DNA from: Macrostomum lignano
Lineage: Eukaryota
Length of the DNA: 64,000 nucleotides
Reading direction: 5' to 3'
NCBI GenBank assembly: GCA_002269645.1
Contig: NIVC01001308.1
Coordinates: 98,501-162,500 of the forward strand
Under the pieces are notes generated by a model, which saw nothing but the letters and a program-made list of their open reading frames with translations, had not been told where the DNA came from and did not search any database. Shown piece after piece: positions 1 to 9,157 of this stretch; the stretch's first letter is position 1, and the number at the start of each line of letters is the position of its first letter. The position numbers and the translations under genes were made by a program.

Positions 1-1
1 G

Positions 2-3000
2 CAACATCAAACAGCCGTTATCGCCGAACAAAAAAGACGAAACGAACAAGCCTCAGCCAGATGTTACTACTGCGGACAAGAAGGACATTATCAGATTAAT
101 TGTCCTCATTGGTCAACAAGATACGACAAATCACGACAGATATTCAACAATCAGAAGCCGCAGAAACCATGGCAGCAATATCAAAATCGCCAACAACAAG
201 GCATAAGACGCTTCGGAAATGATAGACGCTTCGGAAATAATGACCGCTCCGGAAATAATGGCCGCTTCGGAAACGAAGGCCGCTTCAGAAATAATGGCTA
301 CAGACCGCGAAACGCCAGATACATGCCCAAGCAACCAACGCAAGCGATGCAACGATACGCGAATGCCATCACGTACACACCGGAAAATGAGCAGCAGGAA
401 CAGCAAGTGTTCACAATTGACGACTTGGAAATGGACTTCACAGTCCCGGAACTTGACATCAGCTTGATCGAAAAGAAGACGACGCACGAGGACAACACTG
501 ACAACACAGAAGAGGCGAATGAAACCGAAATGATCAAATTAAAAGAGACCACCGGAGACAGCAGAGAAAACAGGAAGAAAGTAAACCACAAGAAAAGGGA
601 GGAGACGGAGAGCGACACCGGCAACGAAGAAAAGATAAAGACTGGCAGAGAAAACAACTATGAATCGACAACAGTGGATGACGACAAAACAAGCACAAAA
701 GACAAAGAAATGAAGGAAGAAGAAGAATGTATAAGTTACGGCAACGATCACGACTGCGACGTGCATGATGACACGAACGGATACCGAGCCGAAGAAGGAA
801 TGCAGGAAGAACTGAGAGCGGAAAATCTAAGCTCCGACAGCGATCAAGGCTACGAAATCCAATGGAAAGATGAAGAAATGGAAAAAGAACAGATAAAAGA
901 AAAGCCGAGTTCCGACAGCGACGAATGCTACGAGATCCGATACAAACGAAACGGTGAAGCCTATATTCAAACGGTCGACTACAAGGCAGAAAAAAGATAC
1001 CAAACGCAATGGAGTGAAACAACGGAAACATCGGAAGAAGCTGCAGACGAAGATACTGAAATAACCAAAGAGCAAAGCAAATCAGAAGCCTTCCGCCTGA
1101 ATCAGCCAATGGAACAACCGAAAGAATACGATGCGGACATGGAGGATAACGAATGGCAATCGCGGCCAATGCCAGCAAAGACAACGGCAAGGTCCAAGAA
1201 GTGGAAAAACTGGCTATACTGGATCATCGTGATACTACTGATAGCAGTAGTCGCCAAAGCAACGGCAACGGAAAAGCCAATGATTTGTCCAACGGAGGCG
1301 CATATCCAACCGATGATCTACAAGATACCAACCGACATCAAATGCAGCTACTTCAAGACAAACCAGACGAAGCCAAAGAAGATTACACTCGATCTCTACA
1401 AGGCTAACATCAAGAAGCATCGACAACTCGGAATAGTGTGCTTTAGAGACAAGCACCTAGTGGAAAAAGTTTGGCGAGGACAATGGAACAGAATTCGATT
1501 TTGGCAACACGAACTACATGTGTCGCACGCTGAATGTCTACAATGGAACCAAACACTGTTCTCAAAGGATGGTCAGCTAGAACCGGATGAGAAAGTGGGG
1601 GAGGCACAACTTTACCGAACAAAGAACTCAGCAAACGGACGATATGTACACTTTTCGGAAACATGGACTAACTACATGACACGAAACAGTTACCTAATCA
1701 GGAATATTCCATTCTACCACAATCCTTTTGAAAAAATGGAGTCGCTACAACTGCAATTAAGCGACTGCCGATACAGCAAAGGATGGTGTCCAACGCCGAT
1801 ACTGCGGAATGAGGAACTATACAGCTTACCGTTGAGTCCAACATATCATCAAGACTATCGATGGCAAATTATACGCAGAGGCGACTCACGATATGAAGAA
1901 CCATCTAAGTCACGACAATACTTCCTCGCGTGGGAAGTTGGGCCGGAAATTGACTGCAAGCTGCAAAAGTATCACACAGTTGAAGGAGGTCTACTGTCAA
2001 ATACGTTTTTGGCAAAGTCAGGAGACTTGGCACTGACGTTTCAAAAGAAACCAGTCGAGCAAAAACTGAAATGCAAGGATACAGACAAGACACTATTCAT
2101 CTCGGAACAAGAGATACCAGTCTACGTAAAAGATGACGACAAACAAACCTTTCTGGCAATCATCAACGGAACGTATCAACAGCAGGAACAACAGAACAGA
2201 CGACGACGTGACATCGAACGTCCCAAACTGGTATCAAACCGACTACTGTCAGCAAAGATAACGGCTTTGGATCACAATCTACACAACCAGTTAAACCACT
2301 TGCATCGAACACTGGTCCAGCTAACTTGCAAAATGCACGCAATCAACTTAAATTATGCCAGACAAAACTACTATGTCAACCCTACGATGACTTTTCGTAA
2401 AATCACCGGAATGACGAACGTTTTGGCAGTTCCAATATACGAGCATCTGTTGATATACAAGTGCACGCCGATACAGCACTTCAACATCTTGCCGTCAAAC
2501 ACGTCAACAACCTGCTACGATAAGCCAAGGATTGAAGCGTTCTACGAAGGAAGACGAATTCAAGGATTCTTGGACACGGTACACAACATCATCGTTGGCA
2601 CCGCAATACCGAGACCTTGCACCACAGCAGCAAACTACTATCAACTGGACAATGCACTACACGTCATCAAAACAACTGGAACGACAGCAAACATCACAGA
2701 ACCGGAAGTAATCGTCGACGAAAACTACGACATGGAGGATTTGAAAATCCGATTCAACAGAACGAAGTATACGCCATTCGCCGATATCCAACTTGACGAG
2801 ATAACACCAGGATGGACGATCAACGACTTCTTGCAAGCGTTCATCACCCAACGCAAGATGATTCACCAGCTGTTCACAAGAAAGGACAAAGAAACCGGGA
2901 CAGGAAGATTTCCCGTCCTTGTTTCAATGGACAGCGCCATCAAATCATTTTGGACAAACAGCTTCTGGGAGCTGCTAAATGGAAGAGGCAGTCTCTATCA

Positions 3001-3982
3001 AGGATTCATCTTCTACGGTGCTTGCATTGTGTGGATTGTCACGGCAATCTTCGTCATTTCATCGATCGTACGGTGCCTCAGTCAAACTTGTCCAAGAGCT
3101 AAGAAGACAGTGAATGCCATAATGCAAAGAACGACAACGGAAGGCGACAACAGTTTAGAACTAACAGAAACTGCACATCGTGAGGTTCAAGGGCAACCGA
3201 CACTAGCAACGCGGCTATATCCATCGATTCCGACAACACCAACGGCACCAAGGATACAACCACCCAACTATCAAGCAGAACAGCACGAGCCAAAATGGCC
3301 GGAAAACTACGTCTGTACGCTACACGCCGAGATTGGCAAAGCAATGGCTCAGGTCATTGTCAACAACTTGCCATGTCGAGCACTGCTGGATTCAGGCAGC
3401 TCGATCACAGTCATCTCGCAACAATTATGCAACAAGCTACGACTCGCGGTACGACCAGCAGCAATCGCAGTTGCAGGAGCAGGAGGACATTCACTCAACA
3501 TACTAGGAAAAGCAGATATCGACTTGAAAATTGCTAATAAACAGCTGACGGTCCCGACGTACATCATCGACAGACTACCAAACCAAGACGTCATCGTTGG
3601 AATAGACACGTTCAAACAGCTTCGACTACCATTGACCTTCGACTTCAACAAGCAAACGTTTAGGATCGACACGGTGGAGCAACCACTGATCAATCAGATT
3701 CGAGTACTACCGAAAGTAACTCTGCAGCAAGATGTCATCATCCAGCCTGAAAGCGCATGCTGGGTCAGAGCGAAAGCGACCAGCGCGGCAGATGAAGCAA
3801 TGATATTTGATCCGCACAGGAGAGTCACGGCGAAACATCAAATCATGATGCCTACGGCACTAGTGCTGGTTGCAAAAGATAAACAGCTGCCAGTACAAAT
3901 CTTCAACCCGAACGCGGAAATGGTTCATCTACGACAAGGAATGTGCATCGGTCATCTCAACACTCAGCATCGGTTATGCTGA
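2..3982 (+). CDS. Gag(NC)-Env-protease polyprotein, 5'-truncated by window edge
   Basis: Frame of the 323..3982 ORF has no stop back to base 2 (translated by hand): CYYCGQEGHYQINC at 62-103; hydrophobic WLYWIIVILLIAVVAKATA 1211-1267; Cys-rich ectodomain with several N-x-S/T sequons; RRRR 2198-2209; TM GFIFYGACIVWIVTAIFVISSIV 3002-3070; LLDSGSSITVIS protease; dUTPase-like tail about 3700-3970. Confidence 0.9.
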   Translation, partial: QHQTAVIAEQKRRNEQASARCYYCGQEGHYQINCPHWSTRYDKSRQIFNNQKPQKPWQQYQNRQQQGIRRFGNDRRFGNNDRSGNNGRFGNEGRFRNNGYRPRNARYMPKQPTQAMQRYANAITYTPENEQQEQQVFTIDDLEMDFTVPELDISLIEKKTTHEDNTDNTEEANETEMIKLKETTGDSRENRKKVNHKKREETESDTGNEEKIKTGRENNYESTTVDDDKTSTKDKEMKEEEECISYGNDHDCDVHDDTNGYRAEEGMQEELRAENLSSDSDQGYEIQWKDEEMEKEQIKEKPSSDSDECYEIRYKRNGEAYIQTVDYKAEKRYQTQWSETTETSEEAADEDTEITKEQSKSEAFRLNQPMEQPKEYDADMEDNEWQSRPMPAKTTARSKKWKNWLYWIIVILLIAVVAKATATEKPMICPTEAHIQPMIYKIPTDIKCSYFKTNQTKPKKITLDLYKANIKKHRQLGIVCFRDKHLVEKVWRGQWNRIRFWQHELHVSHAECLQWNQTLFSKDGQLEPDEKVGEAQLYRTKNSANGRYVHFSETWTNYMTRNSYLIRNIPFYHNPFEKMESLQLQLSDCRYSKGWCPTPILRNEELYSLPLSPTYHQDYRWQIIRRGDSRYEEPSKSRQYFLAWEVGPEIDCKLQKYHTVEGGLLSNTFLAKSGDLALTFQKKPVEQKLKCKDTDKTLFISEQEIPVYVKDDDKQTFLAIINGTYQQQEQQNRRRRDIERPKLVSNRLLSAKITALDHNLHNQLNHLHRTLVQLTCKMHAINLNYARQNYYVNPTMTFRKITGMTNVLAVPIYEHLLIYKCTPIQHFNILPSNTSTTCYDKPRIEAFYEGRRIQGFLDTVHNIIVGTAIPRPCTTAANYYQLDNALHVIKTTGTTANITEPEVIVDENYDMEDLKIRFNRTKYTPFADIQLDEITPGWTINDFLQAFITQRKMIHQLFTRKDKETGTGRFPVLVSMDSAIKSFWTNSFWELLNGRGSLYQGFIFYGACIVWIVTAIFVISSIVRCLSQTCPRAKKTVNAIMQRTTTEGDNSLELTETAHREVQGQPTLATRLYPSIPTTPTAPRIQPPNYQAEQHEPKWPENYVCTLHAEIGKAMAQVIVNNLPCRALLDSGSSITVISQQLCNKLRLAVRPAAIAVAGAGGHSLNILGKADIDLKIANKQLTVPTYIIDRLPNQDVIVGIDTFKQLRLPLTFDFNKQTFRIDTVEQPLINQIRVLPKVTLQQDVIIQPESACWVRAKATSAADEAMIFDPHRRVTAKHQIMMPTALVLVAKDKQLPVQIFNPNAEMVHLRQGMCIGHLNTQHRLC

Positions 3983-6852
3983 TTGAGCACGCGACTCCAC
4001 GAATAACGGAGGAAGAGTTCCAAAAGAAAATCAACCTGGACGACAGCCCGATTACGGAACAACAAAAGAAGAAAGTTCGACAACTGTTGTGGAAGTACAA
4101 CGAAGCCTTCTGCCATCATGATTACGACATCGGACGAGCTAAAGACATTAAACAGGAAATCAAGCTTCTACCGCACACGGAACCAATTCAGTGCAAGCCG
4201 TACCCGATCGCCAAGCATCTGCAACAACACTTTGACGAAATCATCGATAAAATGCTAAAGCACGGCATCATCAGCAAAGCTATTTCGGCTTACTCCTCAC
4301 CGTGCCTACTGGTACAAAAGAAGGAGACTAACGAAAGACGACTCGTATGCGACTTCAGACTGTTGAACAAGTACATACCGACGGATCAGCAAAGCCTACC
4401 GAAGATCTCCGAACTATTAGCGAAGCTCAACACGGCAAAACTGTTCACGGTATTCGACCTACGTCATGGATTTTGGCAAATAGAAATCGACAAGGAATCG
4501 CGCCAGTACACAGCCTTCAAGACCTACAATGGACAAGTATACGAGTACAATCGATCGCCGATGGGACTTAGCAACAGCCCAGCAACGATGAGTCGACTCA
4601 CAGCATACATGCTTGCAGGATGCACGAACCTGCTGCACTATGTCGACGACATTTTGGCCTATGGAGAGGATTTCGAGCGACTCTATGAAGCTACGGAGAA
4701 GGCCCTGGCGCTCATTCAACGCCAAGGTCTTAAGCTGCAACCGACGAAATGCAAATTCTTCCGAGACAACGTGCGTTACCTAGGACACCAAGTGACAGCC
4801 AGAGGAATTTCACCGGACCCAGACAACGTGGAGAAGGTAAAAAGGTTTCCTACGCCAACCAGTATAACGAAGGTCCAATCATTCCTTGGACTTGCGCAAT
4901 ACTTCAGGAAGTTCTTACCTAACTTCGCAAAGACAGCAAAGCCACTGTACGACCTGCTCAAGTTCGACAAATGGAAGCAAGACAACTGGACACAAAGACA
5001 ACAGGAAAGTTTCGACGAAATTAAACGACAGCTGACATCAGACGCACTGCTACAGCATCCGGACTTCGACAAGCCCTTCATCATCGAGACAGACGCCTCA
5101 GGAACGGGACTCGGAGCAGTCCTACTACAGGAAACCGAGGACAAGAAGGAACGACCTATTGCTTACGTCAGTCGAGCACTCAAACCAAATGAGACAAAGT
5201 GGTCAGCTACGGAACGAGAGCTACTAGGAGTCTTGTTCGCCCTGCGACAGTTTCATTACTACATCTATGGCTCTCCAATACAGACGATAGTACGCACGGA
5301 TCATGCACCATTGACCTACGTCGTAACTACAAAAGGACAGACCAACAACCGACTCATCAGGATGACACTCAAGATCCAGGACTACAACTACAAACTCGTC
5401 TACAAACCAGGAATTACCAACAAAGCCGCGGACGCCCTGTCAAGAGCCTATGAAGTCAACGCCATTCATCCAATCCCTAACATCAAGGAGTTGGTGGATG
5501 AAACCGAGCGCGATAACTTCTACCAATCGGTTAAAGACGACGACAAGAACATCAAACTCAGTCCCATGGAACGAAAATTCCTACGCAAGCAACGACAACA
5601 CCTAACAATCAATAAGTCACGGCTCTACTGGATGAGCGACAATAAACCTAAGATCTACGTACCATATTCGTTTCGGCAAGCAATTCTCAACGAGCTGCAC
5701 GACAACCCACTCGCCGGACACCTGTCGGCCGCAAAGACCATCGCGAGAGTGGAACAATACTACTTTTGGCCAACTATGTATGGCGACATCAAGCAGTATT
5801 GCAACAACTGCCATTCATGTGCTGCATCAAAGACAGGACGACGACAGAAACCACAGCTACAGTCCATTCCGAAGTCGACTACAATGGACTGTCTAAGCAT
5901 CGACATCACCGGACCACTGCCACCGAGCTGTCTCCAGGGCATCGCCTACACCTACATCCTAACCGCCTTGGACATCTTCTCGAAGTTTGCTATTGCCATA
6001 CCGATACCGGACATCACAGCTCAGACAATAGCAATGAGTTTCTTCAATGAAATCATTTGCAAGTACGGCACGCCGAAGAACCTCACCTCGGACAACGGAT
6101 CGCAGTTTACGTCTCAACTATTTCAGCAAGTTGTGAAGATTCTCAACATTACGCAGATCTACACATCGACCTACAATCCGAAGGCAAACATGGTTGAACG
6201 GTTTCACCGCAACCTGCACGAGATGATTACACATTTCGCGCACCAACAGCCGGAAGACTGGATCATCTACCTGCAATCTGTAACAATGGCTTACAACAGC
6301 GCTATTCATCGATCAACAGACAATACGCCATTCTTCCTAATGTTTGGACGAGACTTCCAACCGCCGAATCTGCTCGCACAGCAATTGCTACCATCGCAGT
6401 ACGTGGAAGTACCGACTTCCATTCAGAAATTCGTCACGCAACTACACCTCGCATGGAAGATCGCCAAGCACAACATTGACAACCAGGTGGCTCTGACCAC
6501 CGGCAACGACGCGAGATGGACAACCCTGACGGCCGGCGACATCGTTTACCTGCACTACCCGCCACAGCAGACGCATAAACATGCACAGAAGTATAAAGGA
6601 CCCTATCGAGTGGTCCAACTAACGTCACCAACAACGGCACGCCTGGCTAATGTGCAAGATCCACATCAGCATCAATTTTACGTGCACATTCATCGACTAA
6701 AGAAGATCAACACTGACACCGCGACGTTTCTACCCACATTGGACAACGCCGATCGCACGCGTTCAACGAACCGCCACATCGCGACGAAGCACGAGGAGAC
6801 TCAAACGACAGATGTGAGCCAGCCACATGGCTACAACCTACGACCACGCTAG
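3943..6852 (+). CDS. pol: Pol: reverse transcriptase - RNase H - integrase (no chromodomain seen)
   Basis: YSSPCLLVQKK, RLVCDFRLLN, FDLRHGFWQI, PMGLSNSP, YVDD; RNase H IETDASGTGLGAVL and ERELLGV; integrase LHDNPLAGH...CHSC, IDITGP, SDNGSQF, VERFHRNL; GPY/F motif KYKGPYRV. Confidence 0.97.
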   Translation: MHRSSQHSASVMLIEHATPRITEEEFQKKINLDDSPITEQQKKKVRQLLWKYNEAFCHHDYDIGRAKDIKQEIKLLPHTEPIQCKPYPIAKHLQQHFDEIIDKMLKHGIISKAISAYSSPCLLVQKKETNERRLVCDFRLLNKYIPTDQQSLPKISELLAKLNTAKLFTVFDLRHGFWQIEIDKESRQYTAFKTYNGQVYEYNRSPMGLSNSPATMSRLTAYMLAGCTNLLHYVDDILAYGEDFERLYEATEKALALIQRQGLKLQPTKCKFFRDNVRYLGHQVTARGISPDPDNVEKVKRFPTPTSITKVQSFLGLAQYFRKFLPNFAKTAKPLYDLLKFDKWKQDNWTQRQQESFDEIKRQLTSDALLQHPDFDKPFIIETDASGTGLGAVLLQETEDKKERPIAYVSRALKPNETKWSATERELLGVLFALRQFHYYIYGSPIQTIVRTDHAPLTYVVTTKGQTNNRLIRMTLKIQDYNYKLVYKPGITNKAADALSRAYEVNAIHPIPNIKELVDETERDNFYQSVKDDDKNIKLSPMERKFLRKQRQHLTINKSRLYWMSDNKPKIYVPYSFRQAILNELHDNPLAGHLSAAKTIARVEQYYFWPTMYGDIKQYCNNCHSCAASKTGRRQKPQLQSIPKSTTMDCLSIDITGPLPPSCLQGIAYTYILTALDIFSKFAIAIPIPDITAQTIAMSFFNEIICKYGTPKNLTSDNGSQFTSQLFQQVVKILNITQIYTSTYNPKANMVERFHRNLHEMITHFAHQQPEDWIIYLQSVTMAYNSAIHRSTDNTPFFLMFGRDFQPPNLLAQQLLPSQYVEVPTSIQKFVTQLHLAWKIAKHNIDNQVALTTGNDARWTTLTAGDIVYLHYPPQQTHKHAQKYKGPYRVVQLTSPTTARLANVQDPHQHQFYVHIHRLKKINTDTATFLPTLDNADRTRSTNRHIATKHEETQTTDVSQPHGYNLRPR

Positions 6853-6972
6853 AGTTTCGAGAACAACCCCGTGTAGTGACCGGGATAAAGAATAGCACTA
6901 CAGCTTCGCAAGCTTGTCGTAAAAGGCGACTAATCCGAGCGACACAAAGACAGCGACAAATTGACAACAATT

Positions 6973-7407
6973 ATGGGCAACGCACTGTCGAAACAGGCGC
7001 CCCAACTTCAGCAGCTATATGACTGCCCGATATGTTTAGCTGATGACTTGGCTGTCAAGCCACCGACTATTTGCATCAATGGACATAAAATTTGCGGACA
7101 ATGTTTAAGTGATTCACACTATATTCAGCCCTGGCAGAATTGTCCCCTCTGTAGAGATAGTTTGCGACAATGCGCCTATTGTTATTCTTGGCGCACGTTT
7201 CAATATTGTAACCAGTAACATTTTATTTGCATGCACGGTTTGAAGCAAACCGCTAGTAGGGGCATTATAGGATGCCCCTTATGTAATAGTATGCCGCGAG
7301 ACTGCACGTTTCGAAAGTGGTGTCGTATCAAACCTGATGCCACTCGATGTCTACGCGATATTCGAGTTTTGACCGCAATATGTACTGAAAAGTTTTTAGA
7401 GTTTTGA
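6973..7407 (+). CDS. Accessory ORF3: MGNALSK N-terminus plus two tandem C3HC4-like RING fingers; in-frame TAA at 7216-7218 interrupts the second finger
   Basis: RING1 CPIC-x12-CINGHKICGQC-x12-CPLC; read-through gives CAYC-x8-CNQ*HFICMHG-x12-CPLC and continues to TGA at 7405-7407. Confidence 0.75.
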
Positions 7408-7520
7408 CCAAACCCTCGCTTCTCTAGACGCGCACAAAATCAATTGTTTATTTCCTATATTAACAGATCACCACAGAATTTTATTATTTCATTGTTAAAA
7501 CTCGGGACGAGTTTTTTCGT

Positions 7521-7535
7521 AAAAAAGGGAGATTT
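7521..7535 (+). other. Polypurine tract
   Basis: aaaaaagggag lies immediately upstream of LTR start TGTAG (7536). Confidence 0.75.
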
Positions 7536-8399
7536 TGTAGAGTGTTCTACCGCCCGTTAAAAAAGGTAAAAAGAAGATAATCGTATAATGCTACTATAAG
7601 TAAGTAAGTACACGCATGTACGCCTAAGTTTTGAATGAATCACGCTACCAGAAAAAGATGTTACCAAAATGATACGCAATAAGCCATTTCCCCTTTTAGC
7701 GCAACACGTGAATTGTCATGATACTATTTTGGATCAAAAAACTTGCCTATAAATACAAGCGATCTGAAGCGGTACCGGAGCCATTCTCCCCACGGAAGAG
7801 GAGCGCTCCGAAGAGGAAGCCTTAGGAGGACTTCCTGATATACCAAGTCAAACGAGACTCGGTCGAGTTGTTGCGGTAAGCCTTCCTTATTTGCGCCCGT
7901 TGTGTTAGAGACGTCTCGCTCAAGTCTCTTGAGACTTGAGTCTATTTGAGTCTGTTGAGACTCTTGAGTCTGTTTAGACTCCATTGGTTGCAGTCTCCAG
8001 AAGGACTGCCCCTGATAGATCTTAGAGGACTATCAGTGGTTTCCGGAGCTATACCTAGAGTGCATAGAGGCACTGCTAGAAGAAGGAGGCTTAATTCAAA
8101 CCGCTGTTCGGCGCAGGGTACCCATTGTTGCTACGAGGCCTCTGATTGGTCCTGACGGAAGATACCGGCCGGAAGAAATTATCGGAAGTACAAGAGGAAC
8201 CAGGACCAGAGCAACTGAAGAATCAAGGCGCCTGATCTACGAGATCTACTGACGAGTTCCTAGCGAGTACTACTCAAGAAATTCAAATCCGGATTAAAGG
8301 TAATTAAATACCTTCGTTTGACTTACTGGGTTGCCTAGCTGTTGAGCTAGAAGTGAGTGTTCTTTGATTACCAAAAGTCGTGTAATAAGGAACACATCA
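7536..8399 (+). repeat. 3' LTR (about 864 bp, TGTAG...CATCA)
   Basis: Termini match inverted copies at 12966-13797 and 11390 onward; TATAAA at 7748-7753. Confidence 0.88.
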
Positions 8400-9157
8400 C
8401 CACCTCCGGAATCTTTAGTCCTGTCCTTTGTGCGGCAGGCATCACTTTTATGTCCCACTCGACCGCACTTGCTGCACGTCTTGCTACGGTAGGGGCAGTT
8501 CTTTGCCCAGTGATCTTGTGCATTGCAGCGGAAGCATCCAGATTGATTGTTTCTGTTGTTCTTCTCTGACAAGCCGTCTGTCAGATTTTTACTGGCTCTC
8601 GAAGACTTCACCGCCTGGATTGCACCAGTTGACGAAATTGTCACCACACCTCTTTCCGCTGCTTCCATCGCAGTCGCAAGGGTAAGTGCTCCAGTTAGTG
8701 TCAGTGTGTCTTCTTGCAACAGACGCTGCTGTGTCAGGCGATTCCTTAGGCCGACAACGAACCTGTCTCTCAGTGCCTCGTCCAAGAATTCATTAAAACC
8801 ACACGTGGCAGCCAACTTCCGCAGACTTGCGATGAAATCGCTCACATTTTCTCCTTCATGTTGGGCTCTGCTGTGGAAGTTGAATCTCTCGACAACGATC
8901 TTAGGCATTGGGTTAAAATGCTCCCTCAGGGCCTTGACTTGATCGTCGAAGTTCACATCCTTGGGCTTCTTTGGTGACAGCAGGTTGCGGAGCAATTGAT
9001 AGCAGTCATTACCAATCACTGTAATCAGATTTGCTCGCTTATGTGCCTCCTCGGTCACTTTGTTTACGACGAGAAACTGCTCGAGTCGTTCTTCATAAGC
9101 TTCCCATTGCTCCGGTTTAGCCACGTCGAACTCTCCGATTTTTACACTCGTCGCCAT
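8400..9157 (-). mobile_element. gag: gag of a second, unrelated Gypsy element (two CCHC knuckles), cut off at 8400 by the env-bearing element
   Basis: MATSVKIGEFD...WEAYEERLEQF...LRDRFVVGL...CFRCNAQDHWAKNC...CSKCGRVGHKSDAC; the track ORF tail (DVFLITRLL...) is read-through into the LTR. Confidence 0.88.

Larger units (their letters stand above)
1..8399 (+). mobile_element. Env-bearing Ty3/Gypsy-type LTR retroelement (5' part outside window): gag-env-pro / pol / RING ORF / PPT / 3' LTR
   Basis: CCHC knuckle (62-103), env-like ectodomain between two hydrophobic segments, protease DSG (3389-3397), RT YVDD (4639-4650), RNase H, integrase after RT (Gypsy order), PPT and TG...CA LTR. Confidence 0.95.

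Noticed and set aside
7724-7984. Antisense 86-aa ORF within the LTR
   Set aside because: The homologous position in the 11390 copy has an early stop (atggagtctaaatag) and there is no recognisable domain
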